A stretch of 64,000 bases of DNA from Azolla caroliniana (taxonomy: Eukaryota > Plantae > Polypodiophyta): the NCBI GenBank assembly GCA_043228905.1, contig JBHGNT010000003.1, positions 19,468,001-19,532,000 on the forward strand, read 5' to 3'. This document shows, one piece after another, positions 26,214 to 38,427 of the stretch (position 1 is its first letter; every line of letters begins with the position of its first letter). The position numbers and the translations under genes are program-made. Below the pieces are notes generated by a model. It had not been told where the DNA came from and searched no databases. It worked only from the letters and a program-made list of their open reading frames with translations.

Positions 26214-29200
26214 TGAGGCTTCTCACGTGGAATGTACAGGGCTTGGGAGGTCCCTTGTGTCGAAGATATAGAGGTAGGTTAAGGCAAGCATTACAAAAGT
26301 GTCTCACGAATGGGTCGTTGGATATTATGATGTTTCAAAAACATCATTTGAATGAGCAAAGAATAATGAACTATGGCACTATATTACCTGGTAGTTGGGA
26401 GATGTTTTGGTCTCCGGCTATTGGCACTAGTGGTACACAAGGTGGGGTGTGTATGGCAATAGCACATAATTGGAAATAAAGTATTATATGCAAAGAGATC
26501 ATTGTGCCAGGAAGAGCACAATATATTGTATTACAAGATTTGCATACAACTTGGGGTTACTTGAATATCTACGTGCCAAATCATGCATCAACTAGGAAAC
26601 ACTTTTGGTGTGAAATTACAAATGCATTACCGAATGTGTCTCATTAGTGTGTTGCGGGGGATTTTAATATGCTTGAGGACCTGGAGGATAGGAAAGGAGG
26701 AAGTGTTTCAACAATTCATGGGGAGGAATTAGCAGTCTGGGAACGGATGTGTTTGAAATTGAGTATTTTGGATGCATGGCATATGCCTAATGTTTATAGA
26801 TCTCAGGATTCCTTGAGTTTCTCACGTTCTAATAGAAGAATTGCTGGAACCAATCTTTCAAGATTGGATAGATTTTATGTGGAGGAGACCTTTGTCTTAA
26901 ATGGGGGAAATATCACTATTATGCCAGACACAACTTTCTCTGATCATGCTCCTGTTATATTGAGAACCTTTGGGCAATCGAAAAGGGAGTCCATACAATT
27001 TAGGATACCCAAAAAAGTAATGTTACATGATAGATGGTATAATCAAGTGACAGATATTTGGCGGAACAAAGATAATATGGATGTTCCCATTACAATCAAA
27101 GTGGCTTGTGCTTTGACGGAGATATCACAATATTTTGCGTTAAAATCAAGATCTGAATAAATGGAATATCAAGAGAAGGAAAGAAGGATGAGGGCAAGAT
27201 TGATATCTTTGCAAAGATTGCAACAAGGTCGGCCAGAGTGTGCATGGATAGCTTCACATCTTGAAGAAGCTCGAAAACAAGTTCAACATATGGAAGAATG
27301 TCGTAGTCAATTTCGGTATCACAATTCTACTTCAAGATGGACGCAAATTGAGGATAGATGTACAAAACAATTTTTTAATATTAAAGGCCCCAAGAGAGTC
27401 TCTAATGTAACCTGTTGTTTGCGGAATGAAAATGGCGAACTTGAAATGGATCCAAATGTTGTACAGGAAATTGCCACGAAATTCTATGCTACCCTTTTGT
27501 CAGAAGAGCCTATCTCTGAGGATATTAGCCAAAATAGAATGAAGGTCTGGGCAGAAATTCAACCCAAGGTTACTCAAGCAATGCAAGATTCATTGATGTC
27601 ACCTATTACAGAATTGGAGTTGGAACAAGCGCTGCACTCTTTATCGGACAATAGTTGTCCTAGAGTGGATGGACTTACACCTAAATTCTACAAGAAATAT
27701 TGGGGGATACTGAAGAAAGATTTAAAAGATGCTTACCAACATATGTTTGAAAGTGGAGAGATGCCCATGTCGTTATCTGAGGGGCTTATTTATCTTATAC
27801 CTAAAACAGAAGGGGTTTCAGAAGATATTCGTAAGTGGAGGCCAATCATCCTCTTGAATACTAGTTATAAACTATTTGCTAAATTGCTTAGTTCTCGGTT
27901 ACAAGAGGTATTACCAAAGATAATTCATGTATCGCAAACTGGTTTTATGAGGGAAAGGAGTATTATGGATAATGTTTTTACATTTTGGGAGGCTACTGCA
28001 ATAGTGATAAAAAACAAACAAAACCTAGCCGTGTTGCTTTTAGATTTTGAGAAAGCGTATGATAGGGTTGACTGGAATTTTCTGGAAGGTACTATGCATC
28101 ACTTGGGCTTCAACACGGCATGGATCAAGGGTGTTTCTTGTCTTTATAGAAATGCACATAGTCAGGTGTTGTTGGCAGGTGGAGTAGGACCTCGGTTTAA
28201 CATTACTCGATCCGTCCGCCAAGGATGTTCACTCGCACCATTTTTGTTCCTTTTGTTTGCGGAAGCAATGCATGTATTTATATCATCACAATCTATAGGC
28301 TTGCGTGGTTTGGCAATGCCAATGCATGGACAAGATATATTGGACTCGGAATTTGCAGATGATACTGCATTATATGTGGATGGGACTCTAACAAATTTGC
28401 AACAAGTACAAGGGGCTTTGTCATAGTTTTGTATAGCGTCTGGAGCTAAGTTAAATTGGGAGAAAACTGTTGCATTTTGGGTGAGCAAGGAACCACCGCC
28501 TTGTTGGGCACCACATCATACTTTCCAGTGGACTCAAAGAGGAGTTGCGGTTCGATATCTTGGAGTACAGGTTGGGATTGATTTGGTTCCAGAATTACAT
28601 GTTGCACCATTACTATTAACTTTGAGGAAAAAGTTATTCTTGTGGAGCCATGCTAAACTATCTTTGGCCAGTAGAGTGATAGTTGTCAACCATGTGCTAC
28701 TATCTACGGTGTGGTATATAGCCTCATCTTGGATCTTTTCAAAATCGTGCATTGGACAAATTCGAAGGCTGGTTAGGAATTTTATATGGGCTGGGGAGGA
28801 TAAGAGTCATGTAAGAGTGAAGGTGGCTTGGAGTACACTGATAACCCCGAAGCAATACGGTGGTCTGGGGATTATAGATCCATTAGACCAATGCATGGCC
28901 TTGTTAGCAAAGCTAATAGTTCGTGGCCTTTTACCAGGACATGCTCCTTGGAAGCAATTGCTTATGCAATGATTGTATTGTTGTGCTCCGTAGACGGGTG
29001 GATTATGGGCTGATAGCATAAGGTGGATCTTTATACCAGACAATAAACATGTTATGACTAGGAATTGGGAAGACAAATTTTTTAGTGGTCTTCTACGAGC
29101 ATGGGAGCATGTACATAAAGGGTTGGAACATGGTGTACCAACATGTGAGGAGGAATACTTGAGACAAAACTTAGTGTGGAATCCGAATATGCGTTTGCCC

Positions 29201-30556
29201 TCAGGGCACATGTTGGGGTCTTGTACGCGATTGGATTGGGCCAAGCTCGATGTAGGTACAGGAGTGTCTGTTGATGCATGGAAATCATTTCATACTCTGA
29301 ATATAAATGACAGATCAGAATTCTTGTCTTCCTTGAGAGGGGGGCTGATTATGTGGGACCAGGTACAATCGGTTTTGGGGCACTCAACCTCTACGGTATG
29401 GTCCTATAATCCTCCCAACTGGGAAGGAGCATTTACGAGGCTTCAAGTGCTAGTGGGGGTAAGGGGACATTTGTCTTGCGGACGATATCAAGACTATGAT
29501 GTGGAGGAAGATGGCAGTATATGTAGAGCAGCGATACAAACAGAGATCTTGCAATATGCTACATTTTCTAAAATAAGGGTCCTGGCTTATGATGGATCTA
29601 AGTGGATCATCGACCCACAAGTTGAGGCAGTCAAGGAGCATTGGAAACTGAGAGTTTTTGAAAAGAAACCTTTGATAAGGTTGCAATGGGATCCGGGAGA
29701 CTTTTGGTGGAAAGATCCTTTTGATCGTGCGGAAAAAAGGTGTGGTTTTTTTCAGTACTCAGTTAAGATTGGACGACACATTTTGGCAGCTCAACATAGG
29801 ACTACACCACGAGCTAGTCAATTTTGGACCCATCAAGGGATCACATCCGAATTTCTACAAAGTTTTGGAGAACATTATGGAAAAGGAAGCAAGATATGAA
29901 ATAAATGTCTTCCAATGGCTAGTAATACATAGAGCATTACCAGTTGGCCAATGGTGCAACAATCAGCTGCACCGACCGCATGCGTCTATTGTAGTTGTCA
30001 AATGGAGACATTGAAACATTGCTTGTGGGAATGTCATGCTGCACAGCAAGTTTGGAGACGAGTGTTCCGAGTTCTTGCTTGTATGTTTAGGAATTGCAGT
30101 TTTTCGTGGGGTATGGTAGTATGGGCTACAGTGGCACAAGTGATGTGGCCATATGAGGCATGTCCAAATGACATGATTATTAGAATTCAAAGAGGAATGA
30201 TAATGGTGGTGCAACGAAGTCAAATGGAGGCTCCTTATATTTTAGAGACAATGCAAGAAGTATAGGAGCTACTATGCACCACCACAATGTGGTTTATTTG
30301 GACTGCTAGGTGTTCTAAGGTGTTTGGTAATACTACTATTCATCCAGTGGAAAGTGTACGGAATGTCTGGATGGAGATGGTACATACCTTGAAAGGGCGG
30401 TATGAGGATATTAAAGGTGACACAGATGCTGCAGTGTTGCAACGTCTCAAATTTATTGCCTATTGGAAGAAGGCCCCTTTTCTCACAGTACAAAATTCCA
30501 AACCTAAATGGTGCTTAGCACCACCAGTAAGGTTGTTCCCACCACCAATCACATAG
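26213..30556 (+). pseudogene. LINE ORF2 (APE endonuclease, reverse transcriptase, zf-RVT) with premature stops
   Basis: Motifs LLTWNVQG, SRLDRFY, SDHAPV, LLLDFEKAYDRV, VRQGCSLAP, EFADD and CVYC...HCLWEC. Confidence 0.92.
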
Positions 30557-30721
30557 CTTGGTTAAGGAGTGGTGGAGTGTTCATACTATTTATCCTTGAG
30601 GGATGGGACCTAAGGAATAATGCATCAGATCAATGGTAGCTTGATGGTAGGTCAGTTTTTATTGTAATAATTGTTCATAACTAATGAAAGGATATTTTTC
30701 AGGAAAAAAATAAAATAAAAA

Positions 30722-30822
30722 GGAAATTGGTAAATTCACAGTTTTTTTTGTATTTTCACAGTTTTTTTGGGGGGATGGAATCTGGCTATCATTAAAAAAA
30801 AACTGTGAATTTACCAATTTCC
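30722..30822. mobile_element. tiny foldback MITE (101 bp)
   Basis: TIR GGAAATTGGTAAATTCACAGTTTTTTTT / AAAAAAAACTGTGAATTTACCAATTTCC. 8-bp direct repeat TATAAAAA at 24441-24448 and 30823-30830. Confidence 0.7.
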
Positions 30823-30939
30823 TATAAAAAATGTGCAAAAGAGTATATTGATATACATGATCAAGATTATACAAAATGACTCCTTCATATACATATGAAG
30901 GCATATACAAAATTGGCCGATTCATATGCAAAAACTACC

Positions 30940-32295
30940 ATGGCTATGAAATCGAAAGTCCCAACCATTGCGTGTATCTTCAACTTTCCGATCTCTGCTT
31001 GATTGCTTCCTGCAATCAGCATGTCGTCGACATATAGGATCAAATAAATCCTAGACTCGTCGGCCAGTTGCCGAATTTACATGCATGGGTCGGAGTCAAA
31101 TCTGCGGTATCCAAGTTGCCTGATGTAGGAGTCAAACTTTTGGTACCACATCCTCGGCGCTTGTTTCAAGCCATATAGACTTTTCTTCAACCGACATACG
31201 AGGTGACTATCCTCCCCCGTTTCCGTGAAGCCTGCCGGTTGAGACATATAGATGTCTTCTTCCAGATCTCCATGTAGGAATGTCATCTTTACATTCAACT
31301 GCTCTAGCTCTAGGTCTTTTGTCGGCACAACTCCTAGTAAGAGTCGGAGGGTGGTCATCTTGACTACTGGTGAGAATATCTGGTCGTAGTCGACCCCGTA
31401 TTCTTGTTTGAATCCCTTCGCGACGAGCCGAGCTTTGTACTTGCGTTTTTCTGAGTCGGATACATATTTGTATCGGAAAACCCATGTGTAGGGTAGCGAC
31501 TTCCTTCTAGTTGGTAGTTCAACCAGCTCCCATGTCTAATTCTTGTGGATCGAGTCCATTTCAAATTTCATGGCTTGTAGCAATGTGTCTGCGTCCATTG
31601 TGGCCATAGCTTCTTCATCCGTGCTTGGTTCGCCTGCATTAGTGTAGTTGTCATAGTCGAGGCCCGGTTGAAAAAACTCGGTTGACCTTCGAGCTCATCC
31701 AGATCTCCTGGGTGCCAAGATAAGTGGTTCGGATTCTTCGATCGACTCGGTTGGGCAGTCGGTATTTGTTGAACCATTTGTGTCAGGAGTCTTGTTAGGT
31801 GACCCACCCCCAAGTCGGTTTTTTGGTGGTGTCACGTTGTCCTCCCCTATGGACTTTGTCGACTCGGTTGTGTTTCCTACTCACATCTTGTTGGCTTTGC
31901 CTGCTTCGACTCTTGTCGAATCGGCTCTGTCATTGTTGACTTTGTCTTCAAGTTCACCTAATGGACTTCCTACCGATTCGGAGTCGGCAGGTATGTTGTC
32001 GGCTTGTTCGAGTTCGACTATTTGTCAAATCTCTGAGTTGCCCCGGTGGGTCGGTCCTTCTACGACGTCTCCGTCGTCTTGGAAGGATACCTTTTTACCA
32101 ACTATGTTCTACTGGTTCCACTGAGAAAAGATAGAGTCTTCATTGAAGACTACGTCATTGCTCCAGATCAGTTTCCGATTCTCAGGGTCCCATAGCTTGT
32201 AGCCGAATTCCCCATCGGTTCCATAACCGAGAAATATGCATTTCGTTGCATGGGGTGCCAATTTTGTCCTTTTATCCCTAGGGATGAACGAATGT
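30940..32295 (-). mobile_element. old copia element C: integrase C-terminus and RT fragment
   Basis: FLHGDLEEDIYM...LKKSLYGLKQAPRMWY, ILYVDDML, and KRTKL..HATKCIFLGY. Confidence 0.85.
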
Positions 32296-33095
32296 GATGA
32301 AGTACCGGGAGCCTCCTAGTGATTGCTCTGGCATGGGCCCACATATGTCTATGTGCACGAGCTCTAGGGGTTGTCATACCATCTCATAATGGAGAGAGTG
32401 AAGACTGTTAGGATCTCGTTCCCTCCGGATGGGATACGAAGGCCCGACATCGGAAGACCTGGTGAGAACTGGATGCGGAGGCCCGACATCGGAAGACCTA
32501 GTGAGAATCGGATGTGGAGTACCCGGCAACAGAAGACCCGGTGAGAACCGGATGACGAGTACCCGGTGAGAACTGGATGTTGCAGGCCCGGTGAGAACCT
32601 CTCACCGGATGAAGGGACATATATGTAGATATGTTTCTGAGAGCCCATTGGGGCTATATCTGTAAATAGTCCTAATGTCATATTAGTATAAATGTGACCT
32701 AGGGCAAACAGTGTGTTTGTGATCACAAATGTTGTTATTATCTTTGTATAGTGTAATTGGTGTAACGACTGTACTGAGAGAGAGAGCGATACAGAGCATG
32801 TCTTTGTTGTAACCGCCGCCAGACGAAGATTGTGAGCAAGAGGTCGTTGCCTCTGTGCTCCCTATTGTACTCCTTGACATAGTGATAGTTTGGAGTCTGT
32901 GGACTCCCGTGGTTTTTCCCTCTCAGGGTTTTCCACGTTAACATCCCGTGTATTCTCTTTCTGTTTGTGTACTTACCTCCATTCCCATTTCTTTTGTGTT
33001 TGATTGTCATCAAGTGATCAACGCTTCGGTTGTGGCCGGAGATTATTCCGCATATTTCTCGTCAAATTGGTATCAGAGCGAAACGACATAGAAAA

Positions 33096-36000
33096 ATGAA
33101 CGATTCGTTGGGAGGCATGTTCAAGCTCACCGGCTCCAACTACTCAGTGTGGAAGTCAAAGATGAGGGACGTGCTCGTGGTTAAAGATCTTTGGTTGCCG
33201 GTTCAGTTCGGGGACAAGAGACCGGACAAAATCGATGCCACGATATGGGAGGTGATGCACATGAAGACAATGATGTACATACGGTGCTTCATCGACACGA
33301 GTCTATACAACAACTTCAATGAAGAGAGAAAGGCTCATGAGCTCTGGGAGAAGATCGACATTATGTTTCAGAACAAAAATGCTATTAATCAGGTTTTGGT
33401 ATTTTGGAAACTAGTAAGACTCCGGTACCAAGATGGCTCTAGCATGGCGGAGCACATGAATGCCTTCCAGGGGCTGATCCACCATGCAACTTCATTGGAA
33501 GTACCTCTCGCCGATGAGGTACTAGCACTACTCCTACTCGGTTCCCTCCCAGATAGCTGGGAGACTTTGGTTGTCACTTTGGGCAAAGCCGGGCCGGAAG
33601 GGAAACGGTTATCCCTAGCAAGAGTGAAGTCGAGCTTGTTAGATGAGGAGGCGCGTCGGAAAGACAAGGATACGAGCTCCAACTCCAAAGCGCTCCTTAC
33701 CAAATCGGAACGCAGAAGACAAAGGAACCATAGTCCCTAGAACCGGGAAAAGTCGGGGACACGGTCAAAGTCAAGGGGGAGGCCTACTTGCTTCTATTGC
33801 GGCAAGCCGGGACACTTCCAGAAGAACTGTCGGCACTTCCGAAAAGACAAGGAAACCGACGGTACCGATTCGAAGCGGACACCGGACCGGAAGGGAACGA
33901 CGGCAATTGCAGCAAGTGAAGAAGAGTTGATGCTCATCACCGAGGAGAGTGAGTTGAACCTTGCCGGCGACGAGACAACGTGGGTTGTCGATTCCGGAGC
34001 GTCGTTCCACCTTACCCCGGACTGGAAATGCTTCTCATCCTACACAACCGGTGATCACGACTGTGTCCGGATGGGGAATGAAGGTACATGCCGAATTGTC
34101 GGCATAGGAGATGTGTGGTTGACAACACCAACCGGATGCAAGCTGCTGCTAAAGGATGTCCGACACATTCCGGAGGTTCGACTGAACCTGATATCAGCTG
34201 GTCGGCTAGATGATGAAGGCTACACGGGTGACATCCAGAACGGAGTCATGAAATTCAGCAAAGGGAGCATGATAGTGGCTCGGGCCCGGAAGGTCAACAC
34301 GTCGTACCTGATGAATGCCCGGTTATGCCCAGAAGAAGTGAACGTGGCTTCCGACACTGCCGGTGAGTTGTGGCACAAGAGACCGTGTCACATGAGCGTA
34401 AAGGGGAAGAAGAGGCCTGCCGATGACAACCTCATTCCGGTGAAGAATGTGCATCTTGAGAGGTGCACCGACTGCCTAGCCGGTAAGCAAAACTGGACCT
34501 CCTTCCAATCAAGGCCACTGATGAGACGTAATGCACCATTGGAGTTGGTGCATACCGATGTGTGTCAAGTGGACACGAAGTCCCATGCCGGAGCGCAGTA
34601 CTTCGTGACGTTCATAGATGACCACAACAGGAGTCTGTGGGCCACACCATTGAAGACGAAGGATCAAGTGTTATTTGTCTTCAAGGAGCTCCACGCAAGA
34701 GTGGAAAGAGAAACCGGACGGAAGCTGAAGGCGGTTCGAGTAGATAACGAAGGGGAATATCGGGGGCAGTTCGAGGAGTACTGCCGCTCGAAGGGAATCC
34801 GGCTCGAATTTACCGTGCCGAAGACGCCGGAACTAAACGGGCTAGCCGAGAGGATGAACCAGACCATAATGGAGAGGGTCCAGAGTATGCTAGCACATGC
34901 TAAACTACCCAAGACATTTTGGGCTGAGGCACTGTCGACAACGATGTATGTGATAAATAGATCACCCTCAGTGCCCTTGGATGGAGACACGCCGCAAAAG
35001 GTGTGGACCGGTAAGGAAGTGTCCTACCAACATTTGAAGGTGTTCGGGTGTCTCGCATACGTGCATGTTGCTAAGGACCGGAGAGGAAAGTTGGATCCAA
35101 AGACCTGACCATGCATATTCCTCGGATACGACGATGATGAGTTCGACTACCGAGTGTGGGATCTGGTTGACAAGAAGGTTTTCCGGAGCCGAGATATTAT
35201 CTTCATGGAGGACAAGACTCTTGCTGACTGGGAGTTGGAGAAGAAGATAATGAACTCCGATGAGATTCGGACCCACCCGGCTAAGAGCCTGTTGACACTC
35301 AAGGAACCAGCCGGTTACGGTGAGGATACCGAACCGGCAGAAGAAGTAGAGGAAGCTGACACCGGAACCGGCCAAGACCTCGAATCAGATTCGGATGAAG
35401 AACAACTAGAGGAGCCGGTTGCCAAAAGCCAAAGACGGAGATATCCTCTTAGAGAGAGAAGCCCCCCCCCGTAGATTTCCGGATGCAGAGCATGTGCTGC
35501 TGACCGATGAGGGGGAGCCGGAAAGCTTCGAAGAAGCGAAGGATGACACCCATAGTCGCAAGTGGTTGAGTGCCATGCAGGATGAGATGGATGCCTTGCA
35601 TGAGAACCATACGTATGAATTGGTGGAGTTGCTGAAAGGAAAGAGGGCACTCCGAAACAAGTGGGTGTACAAGTTGAAACCAGGAGATGCCAGCAACCCT
35701 CCAAGGTACAAAGCCAGAATCATGGTGAAGGGGTTCCAACAGAAGAAGAACGTGGACTTTGATGAGATATTTGCCCCGGTAGTAAAGATGACTTCCATCC
35801 GGATGGTGCTAAGCATAGCGGCAAGCATGGACCTCGAGGTAGAGCAATTAGACGTGAAGACGGCATTCCTCCACGGTGACCTCGAAGAGGAGATCTACAT
35901 GCAGCAACCGGAGGGATTTGTGAAGAAAGGGAAGGAGCACCTGGTTTGCCGGTTAAAAAAGAGCCTCTACGGGTTGAAGCAGGCTCCCCGACAATGGTAC

Positions 36001-37086
36001 CGGAAGTTCGACTCCTTCATGACCGATCAAGGGTAACACAAGACGCAGGCCGATCACTGCGTATTTGTGAAGAAGTTCGAAGGTGGAGACTTCCTGATAC
36101 TCCTCTTGTACGTGGACGACATGTTGATCGTTGGACGAGACCAAGTCAAGATACGGATGCTGAAGAAGGCCTTGAACTGGCCCTTCTCAATGAAAGACTT
36201 GGGTTCGGCAAGACAGATGTTGGGGATGCATGTCATCCGGGACCAGCCAACGAAGCAATTGTGGCTGTCAAAGGAGAAGTACATGACAAAGGTGCTTTAG
36301 CGGTTCAACATGTCAGATGCGAAACCGGTCGGATCGACACTTCCGGCAAACTGCAGGTTATCCGATAAGCAAAGCCCGAAGATGAAGGCAGAGAAGGCGG
36401 ATATGATGAAGATACCATATGCCTCTGCCGTCGGGAGCCTAATGTACGCAATGGTGTGTACCCGACCGGATATCGGATATGTAGTCGGAGTGGTGAGCCA
36501 GTTTATGAGCAATTCCAACAAGGAGCACTGGAATGCGGTAAAATGGATACTCCAATACTTGGAAGGCACCTCAAGTATGTGTCTCTGATTCGGCTCCGGT
36601 AAACCCCAACTTGACGGTTTCACCGATTCGGATATGTCGGCTGATGCGGATACCAACCGGTCAACATCCGGATATGTCATGACATATGTGGGGGGAGCTA
36701 TTTCGTGGCAATCGAGGCTGCAGAAGACGGTTGCGTTGTCAACCACGGAAGCGGAGTACATGGCGGCTGTGGAAGCCGGCAAGGAAATACTATGGATGAA
36801 GCACTTCATCGAAGAGCTAGGGATCCAGCAAGAGGAATACCGACTCTATTGCGACAGTCAAAGTGCCATCCACCTTGCGAAGAACACAACGTATCATTCC
36901 AGGACGAAGCACATCCAGCAGAGGTACCACTGGATTCGGGAGCGAGTAGAAGACCGAGAGTTCGTGCTGACGAAGATCCACACGGAGGAGAACGGGTCGG
37001 ATATGCTGGCCAAGGTGCTGACGCCTGACAAGCTAGATGCATGCCGGAAGTGGATCGGATTGACGAGGCATCCCATGCGAGAGTGA
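33096..37086 (+). pseudogene. copia D gag-pol with stops and a frameshift
   Basis: WVVDSGASFH, integrase HTDVC...LNGLAERMN, RT LYVDDML, RNase H STTEAEY...HSRTKHI. Confidence 0.92.
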
Positions 37087-37131
37087 AGGGGGAGTTTGTT
37101 AGGATCTCGGTCTCTCCTGATGGGATATGAA

Positions 37132-37512
37132 GGCCCGACATCGCAAGACCCGGTGAGAACCGGATGTGGAGGCCCGACATCGGAAGACTCGATGAGAACC
37201 GGATGTGGAGTACCCGGCAACGGAAGACCCGGTGAGAACTAGATGTGGAGTACCTAGAACCGGATGATGCAGACCCGGTGAGAACCGGATGACGAGTACC
37301 TGGCAAGGAAGACCCAGTGAGAATTGGATGTGGGGTACCCATAACCGGATGATGCAGACCCGGTGAGAACCAGATGACGAGTACCCAGCAAGGAAGACCC
37401 AGTGAGAACCGGATGATGTAGACCCGTTGAGAATCGAATGACGAGTACCCAGCAAGGAAGACCCGGTGAGAACCGGATGTTGCAGGCCCGGTGAGAACCT
37501 CTCACCGGATGA
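37132..37512 (+). repeat. expanded tandem array in the copia D 3' LTR U3
   Basis: Recurring CCCGGTGAGAACCGGATG cores. There are fewer copies in the 5' LTR (about 32441-32632). Confidence 0.88.
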
Positions 37513-37672
37513 AGGGACATATATGTAGATATGTTTCTGAGAGCCCATTGGGGCTATATCTGTAAATAGTCCTAATGTCATATTAGTATAAATGTGACCT
37601 AGGGCAAACAGTGTGTTTGTGATCACAAATGTTGTTATTATCTTTGTATAGTGTAATTGGTGTAACGACTGT

Positions 37673-37721
<49 letters not shown>

Positions 37722-37998
37722 AATACAGAGCATGTCTCTGTTGTAACCGCCGCCAGGCGAAGATTGTGAGCAAGAGGTCGTTGCCTCTGTGCTCCCTATT
37801 GTACTCCTTGACATAGTGATAGTTTGGAGTCTGTGGACTCCCGTGGTTTTTCCCTCTCAGGGTTTTCCACGTTAACATCCTGTGTATTCTCTTTCTGTTT
37901 GTGTACTTACCTCCATTCCCATTTCTTTTGTGTTTGATTGTCATCAAGTGATCAACGCTTCGGTTGTGGCCGGAGATTATTCCGCATATTTCTCGTCA

Positions 37999-38427
37999 CG
38001 GAATTCAGGTCTATTTCCCATATCGACAGTGCTCACAGAAGTCCGTCTTCGGTCGGAGTTTCGGGATGTAGCCGACCGACATTAATTGATCAAGTCCGGC
38101 TTGAGACATATAGTCGAGTTGGCAATGCCATAAGTTTGGGTTGGTCTTCTCGGCTACGTTCACGACCCCGTCTGGATTGATCGTCATCATTGGGTACAAG
38201 TACAAGTTATTGTACTGGTACTTGTCTTCGGTTAGCATGCTGATGGAGACCAAATTCCTTTTCAGATCAGGTACGTGCCGAACTCGATGTAGGGTTATTG
38301 TGTTGCCATTTGGCAATCAGATGGGAATTTCTCTTGTTCCTGCGATTCAGCACTCCTGCCCGTTGCCTAATCGGACTGTGCCATTGGCGTCGGCTGAATA
38401 GTTCGAGAACCATTGGAATGTGGCACC
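37999..38427 (-). mobile_element. copia C continuation (protease C-terminal part to pre-integrase zinc domain)
   Basis: VRHVPDLKRNLVSI, LWHCQL, FCEHCRYGK. Confidence 0.8.

Larger units (their letters stand above)
24458..30714 (+). mobile_element. L1-clade LINE, near full length, inactivated
   Basis: 16-bp TSD ATAAAAAGGAAATTGG (24442-24457 and 30715-30730). A-rich tail. Both ORF1 and ORF2 present. Confidence 0.95.
32406..37998 (+). mobile_element. copia element D (Tnt1/Tork-like), two LTRs, disrupted gag-pol
   Basis: LTRs 32406-33064 and 37097-37998. iMet PBS at 33068-33079. PPT GAAGGGGGAG before 37097. Flanks AAGAC and CGGAA do not match, so there is no TSD. Confidence 0.95.
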
